A stretch of DNA of 64,000 bases from an uncultured Acidobacteriota bacterium (GTDB lineage Bacteria; Acidobacteriota; UBA6911). The DNA lies in assembly GCA_963843575.1 (NCBI GenBank), contig CAWJKZ010000015.1, positions 251,911 to 315,910 of the forward strand, written 5' to 3'. The notes under the pieces were generated by a model. That model was not told the DNA's origin. It searched no databases and saw nothing but the letters and a program-made list of their open reading frames with translations. This document shows, piece after piece, positions 19,927-31,317 of the stretch. A program made the translations under genes and the position numbers. Position 1 is the stretch's first letter, and the number at the start of each line of letters is the position of its first letter.

Positions 19927-20694
19927 TCAAGTACGGAGGTAGTCCCGGAGTTCGGTCTGGATGAGCGGCACTTTCTGGAACCCGCCGCCGAGACGCTGCC
20001 AGTAGGCTTCGGCAAAACGCACCCCGGCTTCCTTTCCCCAGACCACGTCCTGTTCCTGCATGGCGCCGAGAAAGTCGTCGATCTTGTGCATGACGCGCAT
20101 CAGTTCGATCTGGCTGACGTGACATTCGATCATGCGCGTCTTGGTCTCCCAGGCGCTCGAGACGTCGATGAAAAAGTGCGGCCGCGGCAGCGGATTCCCC
20201 AGCGGGTCGGAGAGTCCGAGGGTCGACGAGTGGTAGAGCAGCGGCGTGACCGGCAGGGGCGGATACTTCGAGGGGACGTTGGGAAGGGTCGCGAGCATGG
20301 CCGCGGCGTCGGTGATTGCCGAGGAGGCGCGATGATCCGCATGGTAGTCGAAGGGGAGGTGCCCGATGACGATGCCGGCCTCGGCACGGCGGATCACGTC
20401 CTGCGCCGCGATGCGCATCTCCTCGGTGTCGAAGAGAAAGCCGTCGCGCCCCCCGAGGGTGCAGTACTCGGCTCCCAGGATGGCGGCCGCGTGCTCGGCT
20501 TCCTTGCGGCGAATCGCCACCGTCGTGGCCTCGTTCGACCCGATGCCTCCCATCCCGCCCCCGGTGGCCGTGCAGATCGTTATGCGGTATCCGCGGTCAC
20601 GCAATAGCTTCAGGGTGCCGGCACAGAAGATCTCGGCGTCGTCGGGGTGAGCCGTGCAGACCACTACGCTCTTGTTGAAAACCAGTCCGGCCAT
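19927..20694 (-). CDS. PIG-L family deacetylase
   Basis: AHPDDAE, DYHADH, CHVSQ, AEAY motifs. Confidence 0.9.
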   Translation of the reverse strand: MAGLVFNKSVVVCTAHPDDAEIFCAGTLKLLRDRGYRITICTATGGGMGGIGSNEATTVAIRRKEAEHAAAILGAEYCTLGGRDGFLFDTEEMRIAAQDVIRRAEAGIVIGHLPFDYHADHRASSAITDAAAMLATLPNVPSKYPPLPVTPLLYHSSTLGLSDPLGNPLPRPHFFIDVSSAWETKTRMIECHVSQIELMRVMHKIDDFLGAMQEQDVVWGKEAGVRFAEAYWQRLGGGFQKVPLIQTELRDYLRT

Positions 20695-20745
20695 GTCCTC
20701 CTCCTGATCCCGATCATACTATCACCGCTCCGGTGAAAGCCGGAC

Positions 20746-22659
20746 TCACTCCGCGACCAGGAGCGTGATTTTGGAGCCGTCCTTCCCGCCGAAAAACACC
20801 CTCTGGGTTGCCTTTACGAAATCCGCTGCCTGGGCCTTCGGGATGTCCATGAACTTCTGAGGATTCCTGTCGGTGAGCGGGAACCAGCTGCTCTGGACCT
20901 GAACCATGATCCGGTGCCCCTGGCGGAACGTGTGCGCGACGTCCGGGAGCTTGAATGTGATGCGGTCCGGCCTGCCCGGCTCGAACGGCACCGGCGTCTC
21001 GAAGCTGCGGCGGAATTTCCCGCGGAACGGCTCGCCGCGGATCAGCTGCTGATAGCCGCCGATGGAGGACGCCGGGGACGTCCGGCCCGGCTGGGGCGGA
21101 TTGTTGTAGTCGGGCATGTCACCAGGATAGACGTCGATCACCTTTACGACGAAGTCGGCGTCGGTGCCGGTCGTGGACACTTTCAGGTCGACGGCGATCG
21201 GGCCGAAGGCGGTGACGTCACGGTCCAGGATCTCCGTCTTGTAGACCAGGATGTCGGGGCGCTTCGCGGCGAAGCGCTGGTCCTCCGTCATGTAGCTGTT
21301 CAGAATGCCCATGGTGACCTGACCGACGTAAGGCACGGGCTTTGCGGGATCGGAGACGTATTCGTCGGAGCCGGTCTGCGGGGTGGGCTGCCACGCAAGT
21401 CTCCCGCCGTCGGCCAGGAAAACGTCCGTCGGCCTGGCTGCAGAGGGAGGCCAGGAGTCGAACTTCCTCCACTGGTTTGTGCCGGTCTGAAAGAGCCAGG
21501 CCTTCGGGAACTTCCCGTCGCCTCGTCCCTTCAGGTGGTAGAGGAAAAAGGGGAGCTCGATCTTTTCGCGGTAATAGCGGGCCGTCTTCGACCCGAAGTT
21601 GACATTTCCCAGGCGGTCGCCGTCGCCGCGTGAAAAGCCCCCGTGGTTCCATGGGCCCATGACCAGCATGTGGGAGGCCGGAGGGTTGTTCTGCTGCATG
21701 AAGTCGAACTGGCGCAGCAGTCCCTGTGGGTCTTCTGTGTCGTACCAGCCGCCCACGAGCATCACCGCGGGCTTGATGTTGCGCAGGTGCTTCCAGATGG
21801 CCCGCGACTGCCAGAACGCGTCGTAGGTCGTGTGTTCGACGTTCAGCGTCCAGAAGGGCTGTTTGTGCTTGAAGTACCTCTCCTCGGCGTTGGCGAGCGG
21901 ACCCATCTCCAGGTAGAACTCGTATCCGTCCGGGGTGCCGTAACGGAAGGGGAGCGAGGGCTGCGGCGGCTCGGGCTCCCCTTCGCGCGGGCGGAAGCCC
22001 ATGTAGAAGCCGAAGCGGTGCGCCAGCATGAAGGCGCCGTTGTGATAGACGTCGTCCCCGAGGTAATAGTCGGTCACGGGCGCCTGAGGAGCGACGGCGG
22101 CCAACGCCGGGTGGGCGTCGATCATCCCCGCAGTGGCGTAGAAACCGGGTTGCGAGACGCCGTACAAGCCCACCTTGCCCGTGTTGCCGGGGACGTTTTT
22201 CAGCAGCCACTCGATGGTGTCGAAGGTGTCGGTGCTTTCGTCGGTGTCGGCGGGACCGCGTTTCACGGGCTTGTGCGGGCGGTTGAACGTGTATTCCCCT
22301 TCACTCATGTACCGGCCCCGCACGTCCTGGTACACGAAAATGAACTTCTCACCCTGAAAAAGTTCCGACGGGCCGAGCAAGGAGCGGTACTGATCGATCC
22401 CGTATGGCGAAACACTGTAGGGCGTCCGCTGCAGCAGGATGGGGAAAGCCGAACCCTCAGTGAATACTTCCTTGGGCACGTACACGGAGGTAAACAGCCG
22501 GGCGCCGTCGCGCGCCGGGATTCGATACTCGAACTTCGTGTAGCTCTCGCGTACGGCGGCCGCCCCGGTCGTGCCGGTCTGTGCCGTGGTCAGGTACGAC
22601 AACAGCAGCACGCAGGCGAGGAGAAGGATTGGTTTGAGTCGAAGCCATTGTTGCGGCAT
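20746..22659 (-). CDS. CocE/NonD family hydrolase (glutaryl-7-ACA acylase-like)
   Basis: RTPYS, YQDVRGRYMSEG, GVSQPG nucleophile elbow, GWYD, MGPWNHG, HTFRQGHRIMVQVQSSWFP. Confidence 0.9.
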   Translation of the reverse strand: MPQQWLRLKPILLLACVLLLSYLTTAQTGTTGAAAVRESYTKFEYRIPARDGARLFTSVYVPKEVFTEGSAFPILLQRTPYSVSPYGIDQYRSLLGPSELFQGEKFIFVYQDVRGRYMSEGEYTFNRPHKPVKRGPADTDESTDTFDTIEWLLKNVPGNTGKVGLYGVSQPGFYATAGMIDAHPALAAVAPQAPVTDYYLGDDVYHNGAFMLAHRFGFYMGFRPREGEPEPPQPSLPFRYGTPDGYEFYLEMGPLANAEERYFKHKQPFWTLNVEHTTYDAFWQSRAIWKHLRNIKPAVMLVGGWYDTEDPQGLLRQFDFMQQNNPPASHMLVMGPWNHGGFSRGDGDRLGNVNFGSKTARYYREKIELPFFLYHLKGRGDGKFPKAWLFQTGTNQWRKFDSWPPSAARPTDVFLADGGRLAWQPTPQTGSDEYVSDPAKPVPYVGQVTMGILNSYMTEDQRFAAKRPDILVYKTEILDRDVTAFGPIAVDLKVSTTGTDADFVVKVIDVYPGDMPDYNNPPQPGRTSPASSIGGYQQLIRGEPFRGKFRRSFETPVPFEPGRPDRITFKLPDVAHTFRQGHRIMVQVQSSWFPLTDRNPQKFMDIPKAQAADFVKATQRVFFGGKDGSKITLLVAE

Positions 22660-22976
22660 GCGCGAGCGTCTCCGTCTGATGTCGGCTCGGATTCTTTCCC
22701 GCCCGCGCCGGGGCTGTCAACAAGAACCGCGGACGACGTTGTCCAGCCTTGACCGGCCGGGAAGGCAAGATCAGAAGCGGAGCATTGAAGGTGCCTTTGT
22801 TTTTGATCCGCGTCCATCCGCGTCCGAAACATACACGTCACCATACTCACGAAACGACCACTTAGGACCTGTGCCTGTAACGGGCGGCGTCGAGCCTCCG
22901 CACTCCCAATGCATTTCGGGCCGGATGCGGGTATAATCCCCCGGATTTCTCGACCTGGAGATGGTGTTTTCTGGTG

Positions 22977-25160
22977 ATGACTAGATTCCTGTTCAGATGC
23001 GCTCTTTGTGTGCCGGTCGTTTCCGCAATAATCCTCTCAGCTTCCCCGAGCCTGTTCGGGCAGACCAAAGGCGTCAACCGCGAGAAGTACCGGATCCACA
23101 TCCGGAAGACGGAGATGCCCGTCGCCGTCGACGGCCTGCTCGACGAAGCCGTATGGTCCGCGGCCGAACGCGCAAGGGACTTCCAGCGCGTGACCCCGAC
23201 CGACGAAGGCCTTGCGGTGGCCAAGACCGAAGTGATGCTGGCGTACGACGACGCCAACCTCTATGTCGGCGTCGTCTGTTTCGATCCCACGCCCGGGAAG
23301 AAGCGGCCCGTCGAGTCGCTGCGGCGGGATTTCGCCTTCGGGAAAAACGACAACTTCATAGCCTTTATCGATACCTACAACGACCTGACCAATGGCTTCG
23401 CCTTCGGCGTTTCGGCCGCGGGAGCCCAGTGGGAGGGGTCACAGGCCAACGGCGGGCTCGTGTCGCTCGACTGGGACATCAAGTGGCACTCGGCCGTCAA
23501 GAACTATGAAGATCGCTGGGTGGCGGAGTTCGGCATCCCGTTCCGCAGCATGCGCTACCGCGGCGGCGCGACGGAATGGGGCATCAACTTCAGCCGCCTG
23601 GACCTCAAGACCAACGAAAAGTCGAGCTGGGCCCCGATGCCCCGCAACCTGCAGACGGCCAATCTCGGATATGCCGGGACCCTGGTCTGGGAAGCGCCGC
23701 TCAGCGAGGCGGGTCTGCGCTACTCCCTCATCCCATACGTCTCGGCCAAGTTCACGCAGGACAACGTCGCCGGCACGAGCGACCACGACGCGACCGGCGG
23801 CATGGACGCCAAGGTCATCCTGTCGACGTCGATGAACCTCGACCTGACCGTAAACCCCGATTATTCGCAGGTCGACGTCGACACCCAGCAGACCAACCTG
23901 GACCGGTTCGAGTTGTTCTTTCCGGAAAAACGGCGCTTCTTTCTCGAGAACAGCGATCTGTTCGCCAGCCTGGGTGCCGACAACCTCCGTCCCTTCTTCT
24001 CCCGGCGCATCGGTCTGGACCGGCGCGTGGACGGCGGCGCCAGGTTGAGCGGAAACCTCGGCGACAACTGGCGGCTCGGACTGATGGACATGCAGGTGGC
24101 GACCACCGACGGCGCCCCCGCGGCCAACTTCGCCGTCGCCGCCCTGCAGCGCAAGGTCTTCCGGCGCTCCAATTTCGTCATGTTCATGGTGAACAAACAG
24201 GTGACCGACCAGGGCGAACCCTATGCCGGCCTCGATTACAGCAGGGTGGCCGGCCTGGAATACAACCTCGCCAGCGCGGACAACCACTGGACCGGCAAAG
24301 CGTTCTACCACAAGTCGTTCTATCCGGGGGCTACGGGGGATGCGTCGTCCGCGGCCGCGAACCTCATGTATGCCACCCGTTCCTTCTCCGTCGCCCTCAA
24401 CCAGGCGTGGGTAGGATCGGACTACCTCGCCGAGGTCGGCTACATCAGAAGAAAAGGCTATTACGAGGTCAACCCGACCGTCTCTTACAGGTTCCTGCCG
24501 AAATCCGGCAAGCTGATCAGTCACGGCCCCAGCCTGAAATTCGACATGTTCCGGGACTCCGACTTCAGGCTCACCGACCGCCAGGTCCAGCTGGGCTACT
24601 CGGTCGAGTGGCAGAGCCGCGATTCCATCTCGGTCGATTTCCGCGACTACTACGTCGAGCTCCGGGCCCCGTTCGATCCGACCAACAAGGGCGGGCAAAA
24701 GCTCGAGACCGGCTCGGTGTTCCAGTGGCGCGACGCCGGGATCACCTACGGCTCCGATTCACGCAAGCTCTTCGCCTACGAGCTGGGGACGCGCTACGGC
24801 AGCTATTACAACGGCACACGCTGGAACGTCAACGGCGACCTGTACTGGCGGGTGCAGCCCTACAGCAACCTCGCCATGGTGGGGTCCTACGACAAGATCT
24901 CGCTCCCCAGCCCTTACAACAGCGCGAACCTCTTCCTGATCGGCCCGAGACTCGATCTGACCTTCACCGACAAGCTCTTCCTGACGACCTACGTGCAGTA
25001 CAACAACCAGATCGACAACCTCAACGTTAATGTGCGGCTGCAGTGGCGCTTCGCACCGGTGTCGGACCTGTTCATCGTCTACAGCGACAACTCCTATCCC
25101 GGCGATTTTCAGAACAAGAACCGCGGGCTCGCCATGAAAATCTCTTATTGGTTCAACTGA
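22977..25160 (+). CDS. DUF5916 / CBM9-like outer-membrane protein
   Basis: VDGLLDEAVW CBM9-like start; LDLTVNPDYSQVDVD...NLDRFELFFPEKRRFFLE; FFSRRIG; C-terminal ISYWFN. Confidence 0.85.
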   Translation: MTRFLFRCALCVPVVSAIILSASPSLFGQTKGVNREKYRIHIRKTEMPVAVDGLLDEAVWSAAERARDFQRVTPTDEGLAVAKTEVMLAYDDANLYVGVVCFDPTPGKKRPVESLRRDFAFGKNDNFIAFIDTYNDLTNGFAFGVSAAGAQWEGSQANGGLVSLDWDIKWHSAVKNYEDRWVAEFGIPFRSMRYRGGATEWGINFSRLDLKTNEKSSWAPMPRNLQTANLGYAGTLVWEAPLSEAGLRYSLIPYVSAKFTQDNVAGTSDHDATGGMDAKVILSTSMNLDLTVNPDYSQVDVDTQQTNLDRFELFFPEKRRFFLENSDLFASLGADNLRPFFSRRIGLDRRVDGGARLSGNLGDNWRLGLMDMQVATTDGAPAANFAVAALQRKVFRRSNFVMFMVNKQVTDQGEPYAGLDYSRVAGLEYNLASADNHWTGKAFYHKSFYPGATGDASSAAANLMYATRSFSVALNQAWVGSDYLAEVGYIRRKGYYEVNPTVSYRFLPKSGKLISHGPSLKFDMFRDSDFRLTDRQVQLGYSVEWQSRDSISVDFRDYYVELRAPFDPTNKGGQKLETGSVFQWRDAGITYGSDSRKLFAYELGTRYGSYYNGTRWNVNGDLYWRVQPYSNLAMVGSYDKISLPSPYNSANLFLIGPRLDLTFTDKLFLTTYVQYNNQIDNLNVNVRLQWRFAPVSDLFIVYSDNSYPGDFQNKNRGLAMKISYWFN

Positions 25161-25211
25161 CGTCCGTGAGGTTGTTCGGCGCAGACCGAGGAACCTCAAG
25201 GAGGGAAACCG

Positions 25212-26069
25212 ATGCGAACTCTCACGAAGTTCACCGTGCTGCTGACGCTCGCCGGGGCTGGCGCCGCTTTCGGGCAAAACGATCCCTCCAGGAAGGAGTG
25301 GATCCAGCTTTTCGACGGCCGGAGCCTGCAGGGTTGGGACGTCAAGATCGCCGGCTACGACCTGAACGACAACTTCGGCAACACGTTCCGGGCCGAGGGC
25401 GGACTCCTCAAGGTGGCCTACGACAAGTACGACACCTTCGGCAACCGCTTCGGCCACATCTTCTACAACAGGAAGTTCTCACACTACATCATCGCGGTCG
25501 AGTACAGGTTCGTTGGCAACCAGACGCCGGATGCGCCGGAGTGGGCCTTCCGCAACAGCGGGATCATGGTGCACTCCCAATCGGCCCGGAGCATGCGCAA
25601 AGAGCAGGATTTCCCGATTTCCATCGAGGTCCAGCTCCTGGGAGGGCCCGGCTCCGGGGAGCGCCCGACGGCAAACCTCTGCACCCCCGGGACGCACGTC
25701 GTCATCAACGGGCAGCTGTACACCGACCACTGCATCCAGTCGAAGTCGCGGACCTACCACGGGGATCAGTGGGTGAGGGTGGAAGCCGTGGTCCTCGGCG
25801 ACGAGAGCATCAAGCACGTCGTCGAGGGGCAGACCGTCCTCGAGTACTCGAAGCCGCAGATCGGCGGTGAGAACGTCACCGGCTTCGATCCCGCCGTCAA
25901 GCGGGACGGAACGGCGTTGACCGAAGGTTACATCGCGCTCCAGGCGGAAAGCCACCCGGTCGAGTTCCGCAAGGTCGAACTCCTGAACCTGGCCGGCTGC
26001 ATGGACCCCAAGGCGCGCAACTACAAGTCGTATTTCGTCAAGTCCGACAGCGCGCAGTGCCGGTACTGA
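25212..26069 (+). CDS. DUF1080 (3-keto-disaccharide hydrolase) domain protein
   Basis: WIQLFDGRSLQGW, NSGIM, IEVQLL, GYIALQAESHPVEFRKV. Confidence 0.9.
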   Translation: MRTLTKFTVLLTLAGAGAAFGQNDPSRKEWIQLFDGRSLQGWDVKIAGYDLNDNFGNTFRAEGGLLKVAYDKYDTFGNRFGHIFYNRKFSHYIIAVEYRFVGNQTPDAPEWAFRNSGIMVHSQSARSMRKEQDFPISIEVQLLGGPGSGERPTANLCTPGTHVVINGQLYTDHCIQSKSRTYHGDQWVRVEAVVLGDESIKHVVEGQTVLEYSKPQIGGENVTGFDPAVKRDGTALTEGYIALQAESHPVEFRKVELLNLAGCMDPKARNYKSYFVKSDSAQCRY

Positions 26070-26084
26070 AAGAGAAGAGATGCC

Positions 26085-28009
26085 ATGACCCTTTTTCGCG
26101 TCGTCGGGCTGCTGACCGCGCTCGCCCTTCCGGGCTGGACTTTCTGCCGGCCCGGTCCCCCGATCTGAGGCTCCCCGCCATCCTCGGCGACGGCGCCGTG
26201 CTTCAGCGCGGCATCCCCGTGCCCGTCTGGGGATGGGCCGCCCCGGGGACCCGCGTGGAGGCGCTGCTGGCACGGCCAGACGAAGACCGCCGTCGCCGCG
26301 CCGGATGGGAGGTGGCGGCTTTCGTTCGAGCCGATGGAGGCGGGAGCGCTCGGGGACATGACGGTGCGTGCCGGCAAACAGGTCGTCACGGTCAGGGACC
26401 TGCTGGCCGGAGAAGTCTGGGTCTGCTCCGGGCAGTCCAACATGCAGATGAGCGTGGCGGCGTCGCTCGGCGCCGAGGAGGAGCTCCCCCGGGCGGGCGA
26501 CTGCGCAGCTGCGGCTTTTCAAGATCGCCAGGATCGCCTCCGCCGCGCCCGTGCAGGACGTCAGGGGACGCTGGCAGCACTCCGGGCCGTCGAGCGCGGC
26601 GGATTTCTCGGCCGTGGGCTACTACTTCGGCCGGGAGCTGCGCCGCAGGTTGAAGATCCCTGTCGGCCTGATCATGGCGGCCTGGGGCGGCACCACCGCG
26701 GAGGTCTGGACCGACCCGGCCTCGCTTGCCGCCGACGGCGAGTTCGCGCCCATCCTGCGCCGCTGGAACGAGCGGCTCACGCGCAATCCCGAAGTGCTGC
26801 GGGACGATCTCCCGTTCAGGCTCGAGATCGACGCCATGGAGCTTGTGCGGCCCGACGGATCGCGCCTGGCACTTTCGGGACAGGCGGGGATGGCGGCCTG
26901 GGATCCGCCCGAGTTTGGCGACTCGTCGCGCGCCACGATCAGCCGAGGCTCCCGAGCCATTTTCTCGGGTTCCCTTGGGATCGCCGAATCGGCGAGCGTC
27001 CTGCGTCGACTTGGGCGGCGCGGAGCTCACCGGCTATTCCAGCCCTGCGGCTGCGTGCGCGAGGACAAGGGGCGTTTTCTCTGCAGCTCCGGCAGCCCTC
27101 TGTCGTCGACGGTGCCTGGCACGCGGTGCCCTCGTTTTTCGCAAGGCCGGACTGGACCGAGTACACGTTTCGACTGGCCGATTTCGTGCAGCCGTCCTGG
27201 GGCGAGCAGAAGCCGCTGACGCTGGATCGGATCACCGGCGTCGCGCTCTGCGTCGAGTCCGCCATGGCCGTCCCCGAGCAACCGTCGTCGCTCTTCAACT
27301 GTCCATGCTGATGCCGGTCATCCCCCACGCGATCCGGGGTGCGCTCTGGTACCAGGGGGAGGGGAATGCCGGACGTGCGTATCAGTACCGTCGCCTGCTG
27401 CCGGCGCTGATCGGCGGGTGGAGGCGCGCGTGGGGCCAGGGCGATTTCCCGTTCTACATCGTCCAGCTGCCCGGCTACGGGCCGGTCAGCGAAAACGCCG
27501 AGCAGAGCGAATGGGCCGAACTGAGAGAGGCGCAGGCCGCCGCCCTCGCATTGCCGAACACCGGGCTCGTCTGCACCATCGACCTGGGAGAACCCCGGAA
27601 CGTGCACCCGCGCAACAAGAGCGAGGTCGGGGTGCGGCTGTACCAGCTCGCCCTGGCGAGGACGTACGGCATCGACGTCGAGTACGCCGGCCCGAGGTTC
27701 CTATCCGCAAAAGCGGAAGGGAACCGGATGCGCGTGCAGTTCGCCGATATCGGGACGGGGCTGAAGTCGATCGACGGCGGGCCGCTGCGCGGATTCGCCG
27801 TCGCGGGGGAGGATCGCGCCTTCCACAAGGCGACCGCGCTGATCGACGGCGACACCGTCGTCGTCGAAAGCCCGGAAGTGCCCGAGCCGATCTCCGTCCG
27901 CTATGCCTGGGCAGCGAGCCCATCATGCAACCTGGCCGGCGCCAACGGCATGCCCGCATGGCCCTTCCGCTCCGACACCTGGCCCGGCAAGACCGATACG
28001 GCCAGATGA
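26085..28009 (+). CDS. Sialate O-acetylesterase with inserted CIA30/CBM11-like domain; multiple frameshifts
   Basis: LPAILGDGAVLQRG, GEVWVCSGQSNM, FSAVGYYFG, AWGGT, WYQGEGNA, VQLPGY, VHPRNK, VRYAW found across several frames. Confidence 0.8.
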
Positions 28010-28142
28010 AGCGGAAGCCGCAGACAGAAGCCCAAAACGGAAGCCGGAAGCCGGAAAAGCCGGAAACGAGCCGGAACCCATGTTCGGAGTAGAATGGAAG
28101 CCGCACTCGGAAAGAAGCTCGCCTGGAAAGCGAATCTGTCCC

Positions 28143-29639
28143 ATGACCAATCTCGATCGTCGTTCGTTTCTGAAGCTATCGTCAGCAGCGTTGGCAGCCG
28201 TTCCCCACGCGGGGAGGCCTGTGCTGCCCCAGGGCTCTGCGGCCGGGGAGATGCTGTACTCCGCCGGTTTCGTTCCCGAGGGGGCCGAATGCAGGATGGC
28301 CTTTGTGAGCGACCACCACTACTGGCCGGGGCACCTTGAGAACTGGGGCGATGGCAGCCAGATCACGACCAGCACCGACCGGAGGATGCCGGACCTGGCC
28401 GAGGCGCTCAACGAGGAACGCCCCGATCTGTCCGTCCACGCGGGTGATGTCATCAGCGCGGGGGGCTCGTTCTTCCCGCCGCCGGAGGTATACGCGCGGC
28501 AGCTGGCCTTCGCCAGAGGCTTTTGCGACAGCCTTTCGCACCCCACCTTGCCGCTGCCCGGCAACCACGAGACCCTCGAGCCCGAGTACGTCGACGAAGC
28601 CCAGCTCGGAGCATGGAGCCGGCACTTCGGCGCACCCTACCGCCACCACGACCTGAAGGGCTGGCGCATCATCGGGGTCAACTGCCTGATGCCCAACCCG
28701 AACGGCCGGCATGGCCGGGGCGACGACTTCGCCAACGTCTATGGTCTCGACCCGGCGCAGCTCGACTGGCTCAGAAGCCGCCTGAACGAAGCAGCCTTGC
28801 GCGGACTGAAGACGGTAGTCTGCACGCACGTCCCCCCGGCGGGTTGGGTGAACGCGGCCGCCTTCGAAGCCGCGATCACCTCGGCGGGTTGCGTGAAGGC
28901 GGTCCTGTGCGGCCATACACATCGCAACTCCGTCGGTCTCCTGGGCGGGGTCCCTGTCCTGGTCCGGGTGGCGAACGTCACCTCCCCATTCGGTTACACG
29001 ATGGTGCACTTCTATCCGGACGGCCGCATGCTGGTGATCCAGAAATCACAGCATTTTCCTTTCGAGGATTTCATTTCTTCGAAGATGCAGCCGAGCGGCC
29101 TGGGCTCCGAAGCGGATCGTTACCTGACGTTAGGCGGCAGCTCACAGCTGCCGCTCGGCCGCTTGAAGATCCGTGGCGCAGACGCCCGCGCGGAAATAAC
29201 GAACGGGCATCTGCGGCTGACCGGGAGGAACGAACGGGCTGTGGTGTTAATCGACACCGCAGAACTCCGGAACGCTCGCATGACCGTCACGCTCGTCAAG
29301 TCCGGGTGCGACAGGATGGGTGGCGTGGCGCTCGCGGCCACCGACGGGACCGGAGGGATCGAAGCCGCGGTGACCAGCCGCTATTCGCCCGACGGCAAGG
29401 TCCACCTGGCCGGGGTCCGCCCCGGCGGGCGTGACGTGCTGGCGCGGTCATGGTTTAACATCGCCGACAACATCGCGTACCGGCTGGTCCTCGAGGTTCG
29501 CGAGAGCCGGGTCTCCGCCTCGTGGAAAAACATGCTCAACCTGTCAGCCTCCGCCGAACCGGGCGCCGCAGGCCAGTTTGGCATCTTCGTCGACCGCGGC
29601 ACGATTTTCGTGACGGATCTGAAACTGGAGCGCCTGTAA
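28143..29639 (+). CDS. Tat-exported metallophosphoesterase with C-terminal beta domain
   Basis: DRRSFLK Tat motif; SDHH, AGDVI, PGNHE, THVP, CGHTH calcineurin-like motifs. Confidence 0.85.
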   Translation: MTNLDRRSFLKLSSAALAAVPHAGRPVLPQGSAAGEMLYSAGFVPEGAECRMAFVSDHHYWPGHLENWGDGSQITTSTDRRMPDLAEALNEERPDLSVHAGDVISAGGSFFPPPEVYARQLAFARGFCDSLSHPTLPLPGNHETLEPEYVDEAQLGAWSRHFGAPYRHHDLKGWRIIGVNCLMPNPNGRHGRGDDFANVYGLDPAQLDWLRSRLNEAALRGLKTVVCTHVPPAGWVNAAAFEAAITSAGCVKAVLCGHTHRNSVGLLGGVPVLVRVANVTSPFGYTMVHFYPDGRMLVIQKSQHFPFEDFISSKMQPSGLGSEADRYLTLGGSSQLPLGRLKIRGADARAEITNGHLRLTGRNERAVVLIDTAELRNARMTVTLVKSGCDRMGGVALAATDGTGGIEAAVTSRYSPDGKVHLAGVRPGGRDVLARSWFNIADNIAYRLVLEVRESRVSASWKNMLNLSASAEPGAAGQFGIFVDRGTIFVTDLKLERL

Positions 29640-29721
29640 ACGCCGCTCGTGTCGGCCGCGCTCGAACTCCCGGACCCGCCTCGATGGCGAAACATCCGTG
29701 GCCCGGGTGGAGCCCGGCCGC

Positions 29722-29750
29722 TTGACCGCCCGGAACCTCGGGGCTATAAC
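29722..29750 (+). promoter_or_regulatory. sigma70 promoter
   Basis: TTGACC-N17-TATAAC upstream of the ATP-grasp gene. Confidence 0.6.
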
Positions 29751-29877
29751 TTACACCAACCCCCCTGATCGCTTTAGACTCTCAATCCGGCAGCACGTCT
29801 GCCGCGGACAGGCACCCCCATCCTGTTCGACAGCGCGGGCCGCGGGGCAACCGGGGAATCGACACTGAAAAGCGGTC

Positions 29878-31317
29878 GTGGCGGAGGGAGGAGTTTCACT
29901 CGAACAGGCGAGGGCGCGGCCGTCGGACCCGGCGGCCATCTGCTCGTGATCTGCCCCACCGCACGGGACCGGAAGCATTTCTCCAGGCCGGAAATCCGGG
30001 ACAAGTATGACCTGGAATTCCGGGGAACGGACGAAGCGACGCGCGCTCCGGGCTTCGACGCGGTGCGGTTCTTACGGGAGACGGTCTGCGAGCTCCGCCG
30101 CCGGAGCGGCGAGTTCCAGGGGGTCGTGGGCATAGACGATTTTCCCGCATGTCTGCTCGCGGCTCTCTCCGGAGCCGCCCTCGGCTTCTCCACCCCGTCG
30201 TTCGAGTCCCTGTTCCTGTGCCAGCACAAGTACTACTCGCGCCTGCGGCAACTTGAAGCCGCTCCGGAGGCCACCCCGCAATTTGCCGTCGTCGAGCTCG
30301 AGCGGCCGCCGGCGCCGGCCGACATGCTGCTCCCCTTCCCGGTGTTCGTCAAACCCGTGAAGTCCTACCTCTCCATCCTGGCGCGGCGCCTCGACACGCC
30401 CGAGGATTTGTCCCTCACTCGACTCGAGGCGATGCGGCGCCTCGGCCCGGTGGCCCGTATGCTCGACGCGCTCGTCGGGGCATCGCCGCTCGCCGGGAAG
30501 TACCCCGTTTCGGCTTCATCCCTGATCCTGGAAGAGATCCTCTCCGGCCGGCAAGTCACCCTGGACGGTTACGCTCACCGGGCAGAGGTTGTGCCCCTCG
30601 GGGTCGTGGACTCCGTCTTCTACCCCGGGACCCTGTCGTTCGAGCGCTTCGATTACCCGTCCCGCCTCCCGCGCAGCGTGCTGGAGCGCATGGGCCGCAT
30701 CGCCGAGAAAGTCGTCCGGCACATCGGGCTCGACCGGACTTTTTTCAACATCGAATTTTTCTACGATCGGGAATTGGACTCGATCCGAATCATCGAAATC
30801 AATGGACGCATGGCATCGCAGTTCGCCCCCTTGTACCGCATGCTGCGCGGCATCGACATGTATGCCATGCAGCTGGAACTGAGCCTCGGGACGGGACCCC
30901 GGATGCCGCGGCGTCTGGTCTGCCGGGCTGGAGTCCAACGGCGTCGCGTCGAGCTTCGTCCTGCGACGCTTCGAGGACGGCCGCGTCACCCGCGCCCCCT
31001 CGCCGGAAGATCTCGAATGTCTGGCCGCGAGATTCCCGGGTAGTTTCGTAGAAGTGCTGGTTAAGGAAGGGGAACGGCTCTCGGACGAGTTGCAGGATGA
31101 CGAGAGCTACCGTTTTGCGCTCGTGAACCTCTGCGCCGGCACCTGGGTCGAACTTCAGCGGACGTTCGACGAGGTGGCCGCGACTGCTCCATTTCAAGTT
31201 CGAGCCGTGCGCGTGACGCGGCGGGCGCGCGGCACCGCGCCCGAATCCCCCGCACTCTGGGCCGCAAAGATCCCGATCCCGCCGCCCGGATTTGCGGTAT
31301 CCTGCCCCACATCATGA
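29878..31317 (+). CDS. ATP-grasp domain protein (frameshifted; start uncertain)
   Basis: CQHKYYSR, FPVFVKPVKS, LEEILSGRQVTLDG, FNIEFF, IIEINGRMASQF. After a frameshift near 30920 the frame continues SSFVLRRFEDG...DESYRFALVNL to the stop at 31317. Confidence 0.8.
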
